64,000 nt of DNA from Hydrolagus colliei. Lineage: Eukaryota. Below the pieces are notes generated by a model, which searched no databases, had not been told where the DNA came from, and saw only the letters and a list, made by a program, of their open reading frames with translations. A program made the position numbers and the translations under genes. This document shows positions 13,100-25,616 of this stretch, one piece after another (within the stretch, counting starts at the first letter, position 1; each line of letters opens with the position of its first letter). The stretch is taken from NCBI GenBank assembly GCA_035084275.1, contig CM068755.1, positions 12,400,001-12,464,000 on the forward strand. The letters are read 5' to 3'.

Positions 13100-13270
13100 A
13101 GGATAATTACTGGCCAAACCAAGTTAACAGGAAGAATGGTAGAGACTGGGACACTAGATGTCTTCTCATAAACTCCTTGATGAGGTGATGACAAGATGTA
13201 TACTTGAAAAATAAGATCAAATGGACCAGAGGGCCTTCTTTATCCAACTCTCTCTCTTGTGGTCTTGAGA
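13100..13270 (+). mobile_element. Degenerate CR1 LINE 3' end
   Basis: Ends in atggaccagagggccttctt, resembling the CR1 3' motif atgggccgaatggcct (recall). Confidence 0.35.
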
Positions 13271-14000
13271 AATGCATAATCTTCCACAATTGTATATGTT
13301 TCATTGCTTTGTAAACCCTGTTGATCTGATGGTTTGGATAACAATGGTATGATTACACAGCACTACAATGCAAATCTTTTCACGGGACACTTATGGTTAG
13401 CATCTAACAATGTTTAGGATAAATTCATGATGAGGAACAATGTCAGAACACATAGGAGAAACATTTGCGCTAGTGTCTAACTTTATTTCTTGTGTTAATT
13501 AGTGCATTGAGTTAAGAAATGATTGCAAGGTTTACCCCATAGTTGTAATGTGCATTCATTTGCTGGAAATTCAAATACTGTATAACACTCTCTGTGCATG
13601 GAAATGAGACTAGAATTTATTTCAGTAACCTGTGATTGAAAAAAAATCCAAATAAATTTATGCACCAGATAAAGCACAAGCTCAGATGTTGTGTTTGAAT
13701 AGTTCAGAATTGACCCAATTTCAGGTGTTCTTGAACTTCACTGTTTGAACTGAATTCAGCTCCCGAAAACCAGGCATGACCAGCATAGTACATCTCCAGG
13801 GAGCATGGCTACATCTCCTCACAAGCCTCAGCTTGCATTAAATAAAGTCAATGGAGAATTCTGATTCGACCTCCAGATTCAAAGAAGTTTTGAATCAAAA
13901 GCTTTGAATTTAATGTCAATGGAAACAAATTTATCCAAGAAGGATTATATTATCAGCACTGAAAACAAATGCAATCTAAAGGCTCAATTGATTTCAAACG

Positions 14001-14229
14001 GCTTCTAAATTACTCCAGTGCCCTGGTCTTACCTATCCTACTGCATAAACTCTTCCCCATCAATAATTATCTTCCTGGTCAGTTTCAAACTGGGGTACAC
14101 CCAATGGGGGCCACATGAATAGGTTACTAAGAATTTTATCTTGATCACTGGCATTTTACTGACGTTGGGGGGAGGAGGAGCAACTAAGTATTCTTAGTAA
14201 CCTCCAGGGCACTGGAGTAATTTAGAAGC
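14001..14229. repeat. Split 40-bp perfect inverted repeat
   Basis: 14001-14026 is the reverse complement of 14204-14229, and 14121-14134 is the reverse complement of 14190-14203. Confidence 0.9.
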
Positions 14230-15003
14230 TCAGTAACTGTAAATCTGTGCCCTCTTATTCTGCTGTCTCAGAGATTCCCAGCACGCTGGGATTTCTTTTG
14301 CCGAGCTTGACTCAGAACAAGAACTAGATTGACTCAGAACAAGTGCAATACAAAGTGTAGATTGTTGTTGTTCTTCTGAATATTGTTTTAGGTTTACTTT
14401 CTGAATCACGTTTGGAATCCTGCTATTTCTAAAAGGTCCCCCACCTCTGAAATATCTCCTTTCACGACTGATCAAATTGTTGCTCACAGCAGATTCCTCA
14501 CTAACAAACAGCAAATTAATGAAACACACACACAAAAATGATTGAAGGCTAATGCAGTTGTAGTTAAACAAAAAACTTTTTATCAGCTCACTATAAAGAT
14601 TGGAATAAATTACAACTGGCTCAGAAAAATGTTCAATTTCTTTCCAACACTTCCCCTTTCCCCACTCCAGAGATCTGACATTTCGCTTTGTATGGTGGCC
14701 CTGATTCACGCGTAGCTCATGTCAGAGTCAATGAGCAGCTGGTTTGAAGACTCAGACATTGGCATCCTTATTCATTCTGATACCAATCCAAACCAGTGAT
14801 GATTCACTGACCCACTACCAGCTGAGTCCATGTTGATATTTCCCTAGCATTTGTACTGAGTCGATCTATGCTTTTTACTACAAAGAAAGCATCAATTAAA
14901 TATTTACCACTTCCCCTCTGTGCTTCCGAATATTAGGGGAGAAAAAACAGAGCTTTCCCTAAAAGCATTTATAATCAGATATTCATTCAATAAATATAAT
15001 TAT

Positions 15004-15176
15004 TAATAATAATACTTGCTTATGATATAGAATCATTCACATCAGGAGAACATCTCAAACTCCTTTCCAGGATTTATTATGCAGTGACCGTATTTTAGTA
15101 GGCAACTGTGACAGCAAATATGCACAAAGAAATTTGGCATAAATAGCCAGGAAGTGAATGACCAATTTTATTTGGG
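15004..15176 (-). mobile_element. Old SINE 3' half
   Basis: taataataatacttgcttatgatatag...catctcaaac...gaagtgaatgaccaatttta is a diverged reverse-complement SINE tail and body. Confidence 0.6.
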
Positions 15177-15831
15177 GGAATTGTTGGGCAGCACATTATT
15201 TCTGTGTGTAGTGCCCACAAGATAAACAGATAAATCACGTTTTGACATAATAATCATAGTTTGCCATGCCATGCTAAAATCCCATTATAGATTATTTATC
15301 ATATGGTTATATATCAGCATCTTCAATTCTGATCAAAGATATATCTAAACAAAATCTCAGTTCTATCAATCTTTAAGTGTGCATAACCTAGATTCTAACA
15401 ATATGATGTATAACAAGAGTTAAACGAATGCTGTGTCACCCATTTGTTCATCTGAGGTGGTAGCATTTCAGTAGGCAGATGGTATCATGAGACAAATTCA
15501 GCAGACATGAATACATTTCAATGATTTATGTGATGAGCTGGGTCTGTATAGAAAAGTCATGTTTTCAAAAAAAAAGTCATGTCAAACATGATTATTTAGC
15601 TAGGATTTTGTGCCATGCATCATCAAATAACAGTTATTGCATTTTTTGAAGAGTTTCTGGGTTTACCTCACCACAGCTGTGTAGAGCCCATGTAGAGTAA
15701 AGCCAATGAATTAATGAGATATCAAGAAATATACAAACATTATTGTATTCAAAACTCTTTGAATGCGCTTCAACCAAACAAGCAGTGAATATTAGACCAC
15801 TTTTCTACTACAACTCATGCACTAAGCCAGT

Positions 15832-15891
15832 AACAACAACAAATCATATTTATATAGTGTCTTTCGTGTCAGGATAATGCCCCAAAGCACT
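15832..15891 (-). mobile_element. L2-type tail fragment
   Basis: aacaacaacaaatcatatttatatagtgtctttcgtgtcaggataatgccccaaagcact. Confidence 0.55.
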
Positions 15892-16010
15892 GGTTAGTTA
15901 ACAGTTTGCATTCAAGTTGGGGGTTGGAATCAAGAGCAGTTGGGGCTTAGGGGGTGGGATGCTGCCCAAAGGTATGGTCAAAGAGGAAGCCCGATATCAA
16001 TCAGTACAGT

Positions 16011-16117
16011 TTGCCCTCAAAATACAGTCAATTTACTTTGCAATATATTCTGTGAATACTTTGAGATGTCTCAATAATGCAAAAATCCACTACATCAAAT
16101 ACAAGGATGATTATTAT
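16011..16117 (+). mobile_element. SINE 3' fragment
   Basis: aatacagtcaatttactttgcaatatattctgtgaatactttgagatgtctc...catcaaatacaaggatgattatt. Confidence 0.7.
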
Positions 16118-16440
16118 ACTGTCTATTGTAAGTGCAGTGTACAGCACCGGTGAGCTAAAGATCAAATTCATTTGCGTTGTATTCATTTGTTAAATTTACA
16201 AATTCATCTGTTCAATTTACAAAGATATGTGAAAATATATCTCGATCAATCCTCCAGGTAAACTGATTGTTTGTTATGGTAGTTAGTCAACAAAAAGAAA
16301 ACAATTGACGATATAATTTAGTGGAAAATGTGCCATACGGATTGAGAACATGGGTGTTCAAGATATAGTAAAGGCATCACAAAAATGTTTTGCAATTGAT
16401 AGCTCATAAAGGTTTCAATAAAGATGAGAGTAAATTTAAA

Positions 16441-16554
16441 ATCAAAATTTTGTATTGCGCCTTTCACATTGGGAAGACACACCAAGGCACTGGACAGTCA
16501 GGGATTTGAACACGAGCAGGGAGCTTGGATCAGGAGAGTTGGAAGGAAGGGAAG
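16441..16554 (-). mobile_element. L2b 3' UTR and tail fragment
   Basis: gcgcctttcacattgggaagacacaccaaggcactggaca...ggatcagg aligns with the reverse complement of 52905-53030. Confidence 0.65.
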
Positions 16555-19326
16555 ATAATCTGGTTTAAGATGTTTGTATTATCGGAGTAAACAAGCAATG
16601 TGTTATAATATCATTGGTGATATCACATGACGTATTCTCTCCAACAGGATCACATTTTAACTTTTCTCAATTGCTTAAGGTGCACTCAGTAGCCAATAAC
16701 AATCAATTCTTAAATGGATCGCAATGCTCTTTTAGTTTTATTGTCTCTGTGTTTCTTATTCAAGTAATATTCCTTTTGTGATGAGCAGATCTTTTTTAAA
16801 AAAAATACAAAAAGCATCTGATAGATACGAAACTATGGTAATCCCAAGAAACCTACAAGAATTTTGGACGATTTGAAACCGATTTATCCTGAACCTTAGT
16901 GAAAGCCCTGGGCATAAGATAATCAGATCCTGCCTGCAGTTATTACATTTGATGTGACCAGCTGAATGTAGACTGAGGAAATGCCAAAGCTGCCCAGCCT
17001 GTCGTGTTCTATTTCTCTGAGTCTGGGCTCCAGTCTGCAGGTGTTTCTTTGCAATGATACTCCCCAGGGCCTTTTCTTCTTTGGCAGACTCTGCTAAACC
17101 TACAGTGATTTGATTTGGATCCCATTACTAACACTTTACCTCTTACACTTCCGTGATAATGGCTGATTGGAGTCAATTATGGGCCTGGGAGGGAGTTAAT
17201 ATGTTGTCAAGAAACAGTGGTAGCAACACGAAGGGGACAATGTAAGTTTGGGTGTGGGGTAATATAAGGAGCAGGCACTAGATTGTAATCTGTGGTTCAT
17301 TCACCTTGATTCACGTTGATTTTGGATGTGACAAAGTCTCATAGCTTTTCTTAGAATTTAATTAATTAATATACACTGTACTAAAAATATCACAATTTAG
17401 TATTTGTTGTAGTTATGAAAGATGTGTCAGAATCCTGGTTGCACAAACAGTTTATAAGAGTACAAAGCTTTCTTTGAGTTGATTTTTTCATCCATAAAAA
17501 AATAAAACTGTCAAATCCACATTAGAAGACAATATTGATTTTGATTCAATATACCTGTATGTGGAACAATGTCTTTTTTGTACACATGGTTCCATTCATG
17601 CAGTTGTCAGCATATCTGGGAATATTCACAGTTTTCGTGAATAATTCTGGGTCTCAGACCTATTATTAAATCTCTTTGGCAAATTCAAACATGTCTATCC
17701 TCACACATGAAGTTTATTGCTGGTATATTGGGAACTTTACCCAATACCCTTCTCAGAGTATTGAACTCTTGTCTTTATACACCAATATACAGTACTGTAC
17801 TATGGATTTTTCCACTTATGGTGAATATATTTTTAACAAATATTGCAAAAAAAACACAAACAAAGAGTTAAATGTAACATAAACGTATGGTTGAGAGGCA
17901 GCAAAATGATAACTGAGTGAATATATCAATCATTAGACCCAAGTAGTGTTTTTTTTTGGCTTTCTTCTTCAGAAATGTTATTAATTCACAATCACCAAGC
18001 ACATGATTGCAGCAACCAGGAAAGGTATTCTGAGATCAGAGGTGATAGAGACCAACAGTGTCAATACATGAAGAAGTATGAGTTGATCTGCCCAACCTTG
18101 GAGATAGCCAAGTGAAAACAGTGCTATTCATTGAGACAAGCTGCATTACTATTTCTTTCTGTCATGTAAATGTCTAATGGTTTATATTGTTATATCGGTG
18201 ATGTGTTTTAAAGCTAGCAGCTCCATTCTAAATCAGGCAACTCATACAAAGATGATAAATGAGAAGACGGCTCCACAGACTAAAAGTGAAGCTTCCTATT
18301 TACTGAACCTATCATTAGCTACAGCAAGAACAGGAGTGGAAAATGCACCAATTGCAGAGAAGCACGTGGCTCTAAATCCCAGCAGAACAGTAATTTGTAT
18401 GATGTAGGCAAGGGTGCAGTTCAGCACAAGGGCAAATCCAGCAAATTTCAAGCAACAGCTTAGTGAACAGCATATTCATAGTGGAATCCAGTAAAAGTCC
18501 TGCAGAATATGACAAGTTGTTGGTAAATTTACAAACAACCATTAAATGTTAATGAACAGAGGTCAATCTCAAGAACAAAGTATGCTTACATCAGGAATTT
18601 TGTTGGAGCTAATTTACATTAAATGGATTTGCATACATTTGAATTCCTGGAACCTTGCATTAAATTTATTTAGGGGGCGAAAAATTTATTTACCAATGTG
18701 GGTGGGAAAAAAACTAACATTTTTAACGCACCATGAAAAGTCTTTACATTTATAAAAATTCTGTTTTCATTGCAATTGCAACAAAAGTAAAATGCAAAAA
18801 TCCTTAACTATCCTTAAGCTGGTGTAAGATGAAGGGCAGAGAATATATAGACATCAGGTGTTCATGTAATTGTAAGGATAGAGGATAATGAATCTTACTA
18901 CCCTTCATTTGAAATGATTTGAGCAGTGTCTGCTGCTTTGAAAGTCTGTTGTCTGAAGCCTGAAGAAGGCCATGAACCCTGCCATTCATCCTTTCACACC
19001 ATCAGCTGAGCCTAATTGCTAGAAAGGACACGAGACCCTAGGCCTGATTGTTACTGATCTTTCTTTGAGGTTTTGATGCCAAGAGAAGCGAAGAGATCAC
19101 TTTTGATGCTTCTGCTTCTTTTCTACCTCACGTCCTCAAAGAGTGACATGTTCTTTATGTGGCTTCTCCTTAAGGACAATAATTAATACACTCGTTTCAT
19201 AAAATAAAGACTGAATTAGTGGTGGTGGTCTTAGAGTTACAAAGGTTGGGTTTCAGACCATTTGCCTAAAGGTATGTGAGGTCCATATATTAAAAAAATT
19301 GACCCCAGTTTTCATTTATGTTTCCT

Positions 19327-19385
19327 ACTACAACAACAACTTGCATTTATATAAGGCCCTTCAAGCAGGGTTGCATCCCAGAAGT
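19327..19385 (-). mobile_element. L2/SINE-type tail fragment
   Basis: caacaacaacttgcatttatataaggcccttca. Confidence 0.5.
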
Positions 19386-19564
19386 CCCTCATGAGCTAAC
19401 ATATTCAAAAATAACACCCAAATTACAGGCACAACCAAACTATTGGAAAACTGTTCTTGGTGCAGAGAGCAATATGGCTATGGGGAAATGAGGTGCAACA
19501 CCAGTACCTCTCTAAACCAGTATTCCAGGGTTATATCATTTACTGCCCTAAATTCAGATTTTAG

Positions 19565-19666
19565 GATAATAATCCTTGTTTTGAATTAGCACCTTATCGC
19601 AACATTGAGGCATCTCAGAGCACTTCACACAATATACATTATAAAGTGGATTGACCATATTTTGTG
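19565..19666 (-). mobile_element. SINE 3' fragment
   Basis: ataataatccttgttttgaattagcacc...catctcagagcacttcacacaatatac...aaagtggattgac. Confidence 0.65.
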
Positions 19667-19679
19667 ATGGAAGCAGAGC

Positions 19680-19970
19680 ATTTTATGCATATAAGAAGGC
19701 TTTCAGCCCATTGTCTGCACCAGCTCAAGAGAGTCCTAATTACCTGCCCTTTCCCAATACCCCTGTAGCTGACACTTTTTAAGTTATCCGTTTAGCTCCT
19801 TCTTGATTTTGCCTCAACTGCCGCATCTGGCAGGACATTCCATATCCTAACCATTTTGTGCATGAAGAAATTTTGCCTAACTTCCCATTTGTTTGTTTAC
19901 TAACTATTATATCTTGATGCCCTCAAGTTGCTGACTCACCGTCCAATGGTGATAATTTTTCCCTTACTGA
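19680..19970 (-). mobile_element. CR1 LINE 3' fragment
   Basis: aggctttcagcccat...gcctcaactgccgcatctggcaggacattccatatcctaaccattttgtgcatgaagaaatt, the reverse complement of the CR1 ORF2 end (FF..MVRIWNVLP) and 3' UTR. Confidence 0.65.
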
Positions 19971-20070
19971 CTCCTCATCATTTTGTGTGAGGTTCTCCCT
20001 CAAGCTTCTTTGGTCCAGTGTGTGTGTGTATAAAAGAAAAGTCCAGTTCTTCTAGTCTCCATTCACAGTC

Positions 20071-20187
20071 ATGACCTTTCGTCAAAACTAATTTTCCTCT
20101 CTCCATAGATGCTGCCTGACCTACTGTGTGTTCCAAGTGACCTTTGTGTTTATACCAGATTTCCAGCATTGCAATACTTTGCCTTCA
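20071..20187 (+). mobile_element. Penelope-like element terminal (pLTR) fragment
   Basis: tctctccatagatgctgcctgacctactgtgtgttcca...agatttccagcattgcaatactttgc matches the recalled shark Penelope end motif. An inverted piece lies at 20071-20089. Confidence 0.55.
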
Positions 20188-21853
20188 GATTCCATTAGCT
20201 TTTTATACTGTACATTTTCATCCCTTGGGGTGAAAAAACACAGAAATCAAATTAATCGACTAGAATTCTACAGATTGTTTTGGTACAATTTCATCACATA
20301 GAGGTTAGTGCTGTCCCAGAATACAATTTGTATGGACGCAAATGTTTCTGGAATTTGAGTTTATCAAAATTTGCATGAGAGGTTTCATTTACGCAGTGGT
20401 CTTTGTATGCAGATTTTTGGTGATTTTATACATTTTGCACTGTGACCTTTGATAGTCTGAGTCTCATTTCAATGAAGTGAAGTTTGCAAGAGACTGGAAA
20501 GATGCAACCACCTAATCCTTTTATTTTGCAACTCTTGGTGCACCCACATTTGTAGATTACAACCTCTCCTAAGGCAAATCCACACAAAGAAAAGGATTAG
20601 CACACACACATAAAAAAAAACACTTTCTTCCCAATTAACACTAAATATCCATGAGTTACAATGAATCACAGACCATCTTAAACCCATCTGAAAATGAACT
20701 TTTAGTGCACTCGATCAAGAATTGAGCTAAAAATTATACTCCTATGTTTGCCTTTCTAAAACTTCAATGCCTTATTTTTGTTTGTTGATGCCCCCCAATT
20801 TTTTTTCTTCCTTTAATTAAAAGAAGAACACAGCAGAGAATGACGGGAAAAAAAATTCCCGTCTCATTTATTTGAAAATAGAGATGAAACAAACTCAAAA
20901 TTTGCAAGGCCAACTGCTTCGAGCTCATGCAATGTACAGTAACATATTCCCTTGAAAACATCTGTGAAAGTAAATTTGCAAAAGTCAGTCAATACCAGCT
21001 TCCAAGCTCAGCTAAATATTGAAGGAGCCTTGCAGACTGATGTGCGTGACTTACTGTACTTACTTGTGCATTATGCAAAATAAACCTCCAAATATATTCT
21101 AGAATTGTGAAGTATCCGAAGAAATGGCTATGAGGCAATGGAAAGCTTAGTTCCACAAGGCAGAAATTGACCTCTTGATTCGGAGAGTGCTGCAGAAAAA
21201 CAGAGCTCTTGCACCAGCTGAGGAGAAACAAGTCTGGAAGAGATTGATAACAAATTAAATGTAATCTCTCGGGTCAAAAGGGTGGGGGAACAAGTGTCAG
21301 AGGAGAGTTAGTAATGTGCGTAGACAGACATAGGAGTAACTAGTGCTGACAAAAGAGCCACAAGGGCCACTGAGAGGGGACAATAGATAGATGAAGATAA
21401 GATAACCAAATTGTTCATCGAGGAAGTCATTGAATTGGTAGAAGCTAGATTGGATAGTTAAAAGCAACAGAAATTATAGCTAAATATGTGTGCCTTAAAA
21501 ATGCTTTTTTTTCCCCGGAGAATAACAATTTGGTATTTCCATGATATTTTCTAGTAAGGTTGAATATTGTCATTTGCCTTATGCAAGTTATGATTTTTAT
21601 TTCACTAGATGATAGGCTTGAACAACCTTAATTTGTACATGTCTCCATCACCAGGGAGATCTTGTTCAATTTCTTACCCAGGATCTACTGGATTCTTATT
21701 TTGTTCAAGAGGAAATCAACCCACTTGTGCCCACTCTGAAAGCTTTGCATTTTTGTACATCTATGTTGTCACAAGCCTGAGCCAGAGAGAACTTTGGAGC
21801 AACCTACCATAGTTCAACAAGTGGCACCCACTGTAATCACAGTGCATTCTGGA

Positions 21854-22250
21854 ATAACAACAACAGAAATGTACATTCATAAAGTGGCTTTCATGTTGCG
21901 AAAATGTCCTACGGTGCCAAACTGTCTGAGATCATGACTCAAGCATGGGGGGGGGGGGTGGGGGGGGCACAGTTGGGATGATGGAGGGCAACAAGGTTGG
22001 AAGGCGGCTAGAACAGTGACTTACAAAGATGAGTTACACAACAAGAATGCGTAATTCATGCGAAAGATTAGAATGGTCATACTCTGTATAGTGAGGTCTT
22101 CTCAGGGATAGGATTGCCATTGAGGATCTTGAACAGGCAAACCTTGGGATTCCTGCTTGGAACAGGAGCAAAGAAAATGCAGCAATTTGACTGTAAGTAG
22201 CAAACACTGAGAAATACAGGGTGGTCTGAGCAAGATGACGGAACATCACT
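21854..22250 (-). mobile_element. Old degenerate L2 fragment containing a poly-G run
   Basis: (caa)n tail at 21854. tgaggatcttgaa encodes FKIL on the minus strand, and MFRHLAQTTLYF resembles the L2 motif LRRIARLRPYL. G-run at 21947-21967. Confidence 0.45.
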
Positions 22251-22774
22251 CAGTTCATCATTGAAATAAAACTCTGATATATTCAGTCCAATCATTATCT
22301 ATACAATGTTCATAATTTTGGCAAAGCTACATTTGTAAGCAGTGGTTACCTACATGCCTTTACCAATCTGCTTTGGAAATCAGTTAATATTTTACTCTAG
22401 AATTAGAGAATAGAAGAAAGCACATTACCGAATAGTCTAATTTGCCCAATGTTTTCTGTGAGAACTGTAATATTTGGTCTCTGTGTTAGCAACGTTTATC
22501 CAGAATTCACAAGATGCGTTCCAGTAACTTTGTGTGTTATGTGATGAGAAACAATGGTTTGTTGATTTGTCTTCTTAGATGCTTTCTTTTACACTTTAAA
22601 GTTTGCTCTTTCCACTATGGTATCTATAGGGCAAAAGGTTATCTATATTTGCAAGAATTCAACTTATAATGTCTTTGATCGATACATACCTGAAATGTCA
22701 AATGCTAGGATTTCAAAAGTATCTAGAATATTGTGGATTTTGATGAAACCATGTGATCAAGGAAGGTTCAAAAG

Positions 22775-22896
22775 TGTTTTGCCAGAAATATACAATCAAT
22801 TCACTTTGCAATATATTCTGTGAAAGTGTTTTGAGACGTCTAGAAGACCCAAAAAGTGTTATATCAAATGCAAGGATTCTTCTTATTGTTGTTGTT
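22775..22896 (+). mobile_element. SINE 3' fragment
   Basis: aaatatacaatcaattcactttgcaatatattctgtgaaagtgttttgagacgtctagaagac...atatcaaatgcaaggatt. Confidence 0.8.
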
Positions 22897-24257
22897 ATCA
22901 CTGTGCCAATAGCCTGTGATGAATAACAGTGTTTGGATTGAGTCTGTGTATTCCTACAAGTGTTAACATGTTGCTAAAACTCTTTCATAGATTTCATGTA
23001 CTCCTGCCTTGTGATTCCCCAAGTAATCTTTGGGATGTTCTGGAGAGATCTGGGTTTAGAAACGATGGGGATGCTGAAGGTCATCAATCAGTTAAAAGAA
23101 GCAAACTGTGATTCATAGATTCTTATCAACATAAGGTTTTATAACAGTGCCCAGGTACTTGACTTTAGAAGAAAGAGCTAGTTAAAATACTTTGGTGTTT
23201 TTGTTACACCAAATTAAAAGCTTTCTTATAGCTGCCTATCGGGTTGCCCTGGTTTTCAATTAATCTTACTAAGCAAAACTAATGATGGTGAAGGATCAAT
23301 ATTTGCACACATAATAATGTATTCAGAGTAGAATTTTATAAAGACGGAAGTACTGTAATAAGAGAATACAAATGAAAAACAGTCAAACAATCTCTTTGCT
23401 GTGTGCTGACTCACATTGCTAGCAAATACTGCTGTGGAAATTGCTGCAAAATACTGCTATAGTGAAAGTTTTAATAGCAATTATAAATAAATTGAACAAT
23501 TCAAGAAACAGGATGCACTTCTGATGCCTATTTACTCTGATGTGAGGTCCTGTTTATTGAGATTGCTCTGATGCTCCCTGTAGTAACGTCATTGACATGC
23601 CTGTCACAGAAAGGCTACATAGCTCATCTGCATCCTCTGGAATGCCTGTAAATGCTGTGTGAGAACACAGCATGCCATCAAGATCTGCAGACCTTTTCAG
23701 GGATACAGTGTAGAGCAGCAATGGATAATCAAGGCATCTGAAGTGCAACTTCAGCATTGAGAAGGTTTTCCTTAATATGATAGGAGTAGAAGAATCTGCC
23801 AGATTACATCTCCTCTCAGCAGGTATTTCTGAATTGTAAAGTGCAGTTATTAGCTGGGGCTTCAGGCAATCGCCTCTATCACACATCAGCCATTCTTACT
23901 GATTTCAATCTGGCTGAGATTTCTAATTGAGGGAACAGTGAGACAGAAGACGGATGCCAGATTTCAGCTATTTGTAATACAATACCAAATTACACTTGTA
24001 TAGCGCCCTTCAACAAATATTTTTCTCTTCAATTGGGAGAGCTACAAGTGGAACAATCTTTGGATCGCTTTGCATCCAATTAATTGTTTTAGAGCTTTAG
24101 CCAGGAGGTGGGTGGAGGGGTGGATAATCAGTAAGGTGATGGACTCGCTTTACAATGAAAGGCTTGAAATAAATGTTGGCATTTTCATTTTGGATGGTGG
24201 CTGCATGCTGCATCCTGTAACACCAATAGAAAGGAAAATTAATCATATGTCTTGAGG

Positions 24258-24349
24258 GTAAGAACATACGAACAGGAGTAGGTCATTCAGTCCTTCGAGC
24301 CTGTTCTGCCATTTAAATAGATCATGTATGATCTGTACCTCAACTAATC
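24258..24349 (-). mobile_element. CR1 (HER1-like) LINE 3' end
   Basis: agaacatacgaacaggagtaggtcattcagtccttcgagcctgttctgccatttaaatagatcatg, a typical reverse-complemented chondrichthyan CR1 3' end (recall). Confidence 0.75.
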
Positions 24350-25059
24350 CTTTCAATTCCATGAAGGTTGGATTCTGCTCTAAAGGGAAGCTAATAAATC
24401 CATCTCTATTTCTGGCATGGGATGGAATCAGTTGTGTAGCATGCAGACATGATACATTTTGGATGCTCGATCTGATAAGTAAACTGATGGAACGCAACCT
24501 ATTTGACTGTGATGATTACAATTGAAGTATTCTGTTTCATTACAATTGGTGTTGAATGAGCTCCCATGCACACGTACACACAACATGCTTTTGGAGTGCA
24601 CTTAAAAGAACAAAATTGATTGACAAGTATAAAGTTAGAAATCAAAAGGAATAAATGATTGTACTGTATTACCAAGAAAATTGAAGACAGATTATTATTT
24701 TTAAATTGAAGACAGTGGTGAAGATGCACACATAACAATGTAGTCAATAATATTTTAGCTCTCCTTTTTATTTTAAGAGACAAAGGAAAGGCATGAAAGA
24801 AATGTGCTGTAATGAATCAGTCTTCAAACCACTGTGGAGTATTAATAATGATCAAACTGTGGGAAGTGCAACTGTTTTGACTTCTACTCAGTTCATCACT
24901 AAAGTTGAACTTTAGTTTTAATTTCCAACACTTAGTCACAAAGAATATTGGTACCATTGCACCACTGCATTCTTAACTCCTTAGTCACCATATAGCATTG
25001 AGAAACGTTCACATTCGGTCCAATACTTATACCCTGGTTGCAAGATTGCAAAAGAGCTA

Positions 25060-25275
25060 TGAATAAAGCAAGCTTTTCAGCCCATTTGATCTCATCCTTG
25101 CCCACACTGGTGATTTTCCATTTAAGATCTGTTATTTTTAAAGAATCCCAAGTCCTGAATCAATTCCTGGTAATCTAATCCAGTCACGACTTGCACCCTG
25201 GGTAAATGAATACTTTCTACTGTCTGTCCTAAAATAGCTTTTTGCAATTCTCTGTATTCTTGTTTCTCTGTCTCG
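25060..25275 (-). mobile_element. Degenerate CR1 3' fragment
   Basis: ttcagcccatttgatctcatcc...accctgggtaaatgaatactttctactgtctgtcctaaa resembles a reverse-complemented CR1 ORF2 end. Confidence 0.45.
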
Positions 25276-25300
25276 GGGCATCTGCCCAAGATTCACAATT

Positions 25301-25616
25301 AGGAGTTCTGTAGCTCAGTGGTTGGAGCACTCACCGTACAAGCTCAAGACCTGTGTTCAAATCCATGCAGGTCAGGGTGAAACCTTGGACAAGTTTCCTT
25401 TCTTTACATGCCTAATAATAATCCCTCCCCAAAAAAAACAATAATAAAATTGATCATTTCAATCCACGACTGCTTGTGGGATACTGCTGTGCGCAATTGG
25501 CTGCCACGTTTTGCCCACAAATATACAGCCAATTCACTTTACAATATATTCTGTGAAGTGCTTTGAGACATTTGGAATACATGAAAAACACTATATCAAA
25601 TGCAAGGATTATTATA
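25301..25616 (+). mobile_element. Full-length tRNA-headed SINE with L2-type tail
   Basis: A-box tagctcagtggttgg, B-box gttcaaatcc, middle ggtcagggtgaaaccttggacaagtttcctt, body ttgtgggatactgctgtgcgcaattggctgcc, tail ctatatcaaatgcaaggattatt. Colinear with 56949-57257. Confidence 0.9.

Noticed and set aside
14230-14709. 159-aa minus-strand ORF
   Set aside because: It has no domain similarity, spans a local duplication and has a non-coding-like composition.
21947-21967. Functional G-quadruplex
   Set aside because: It is a poly-G expansion within a decayed L2 3' region, with nothing suggesting function.
25301-25375. tRNA gene (also at 7960-8038, 43420-43491 and 56949-57015)
   Set aside because: A and B boxes are present, but there is no complete cloverleaf and each runs into SINE sequence. 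These are SINE heads.
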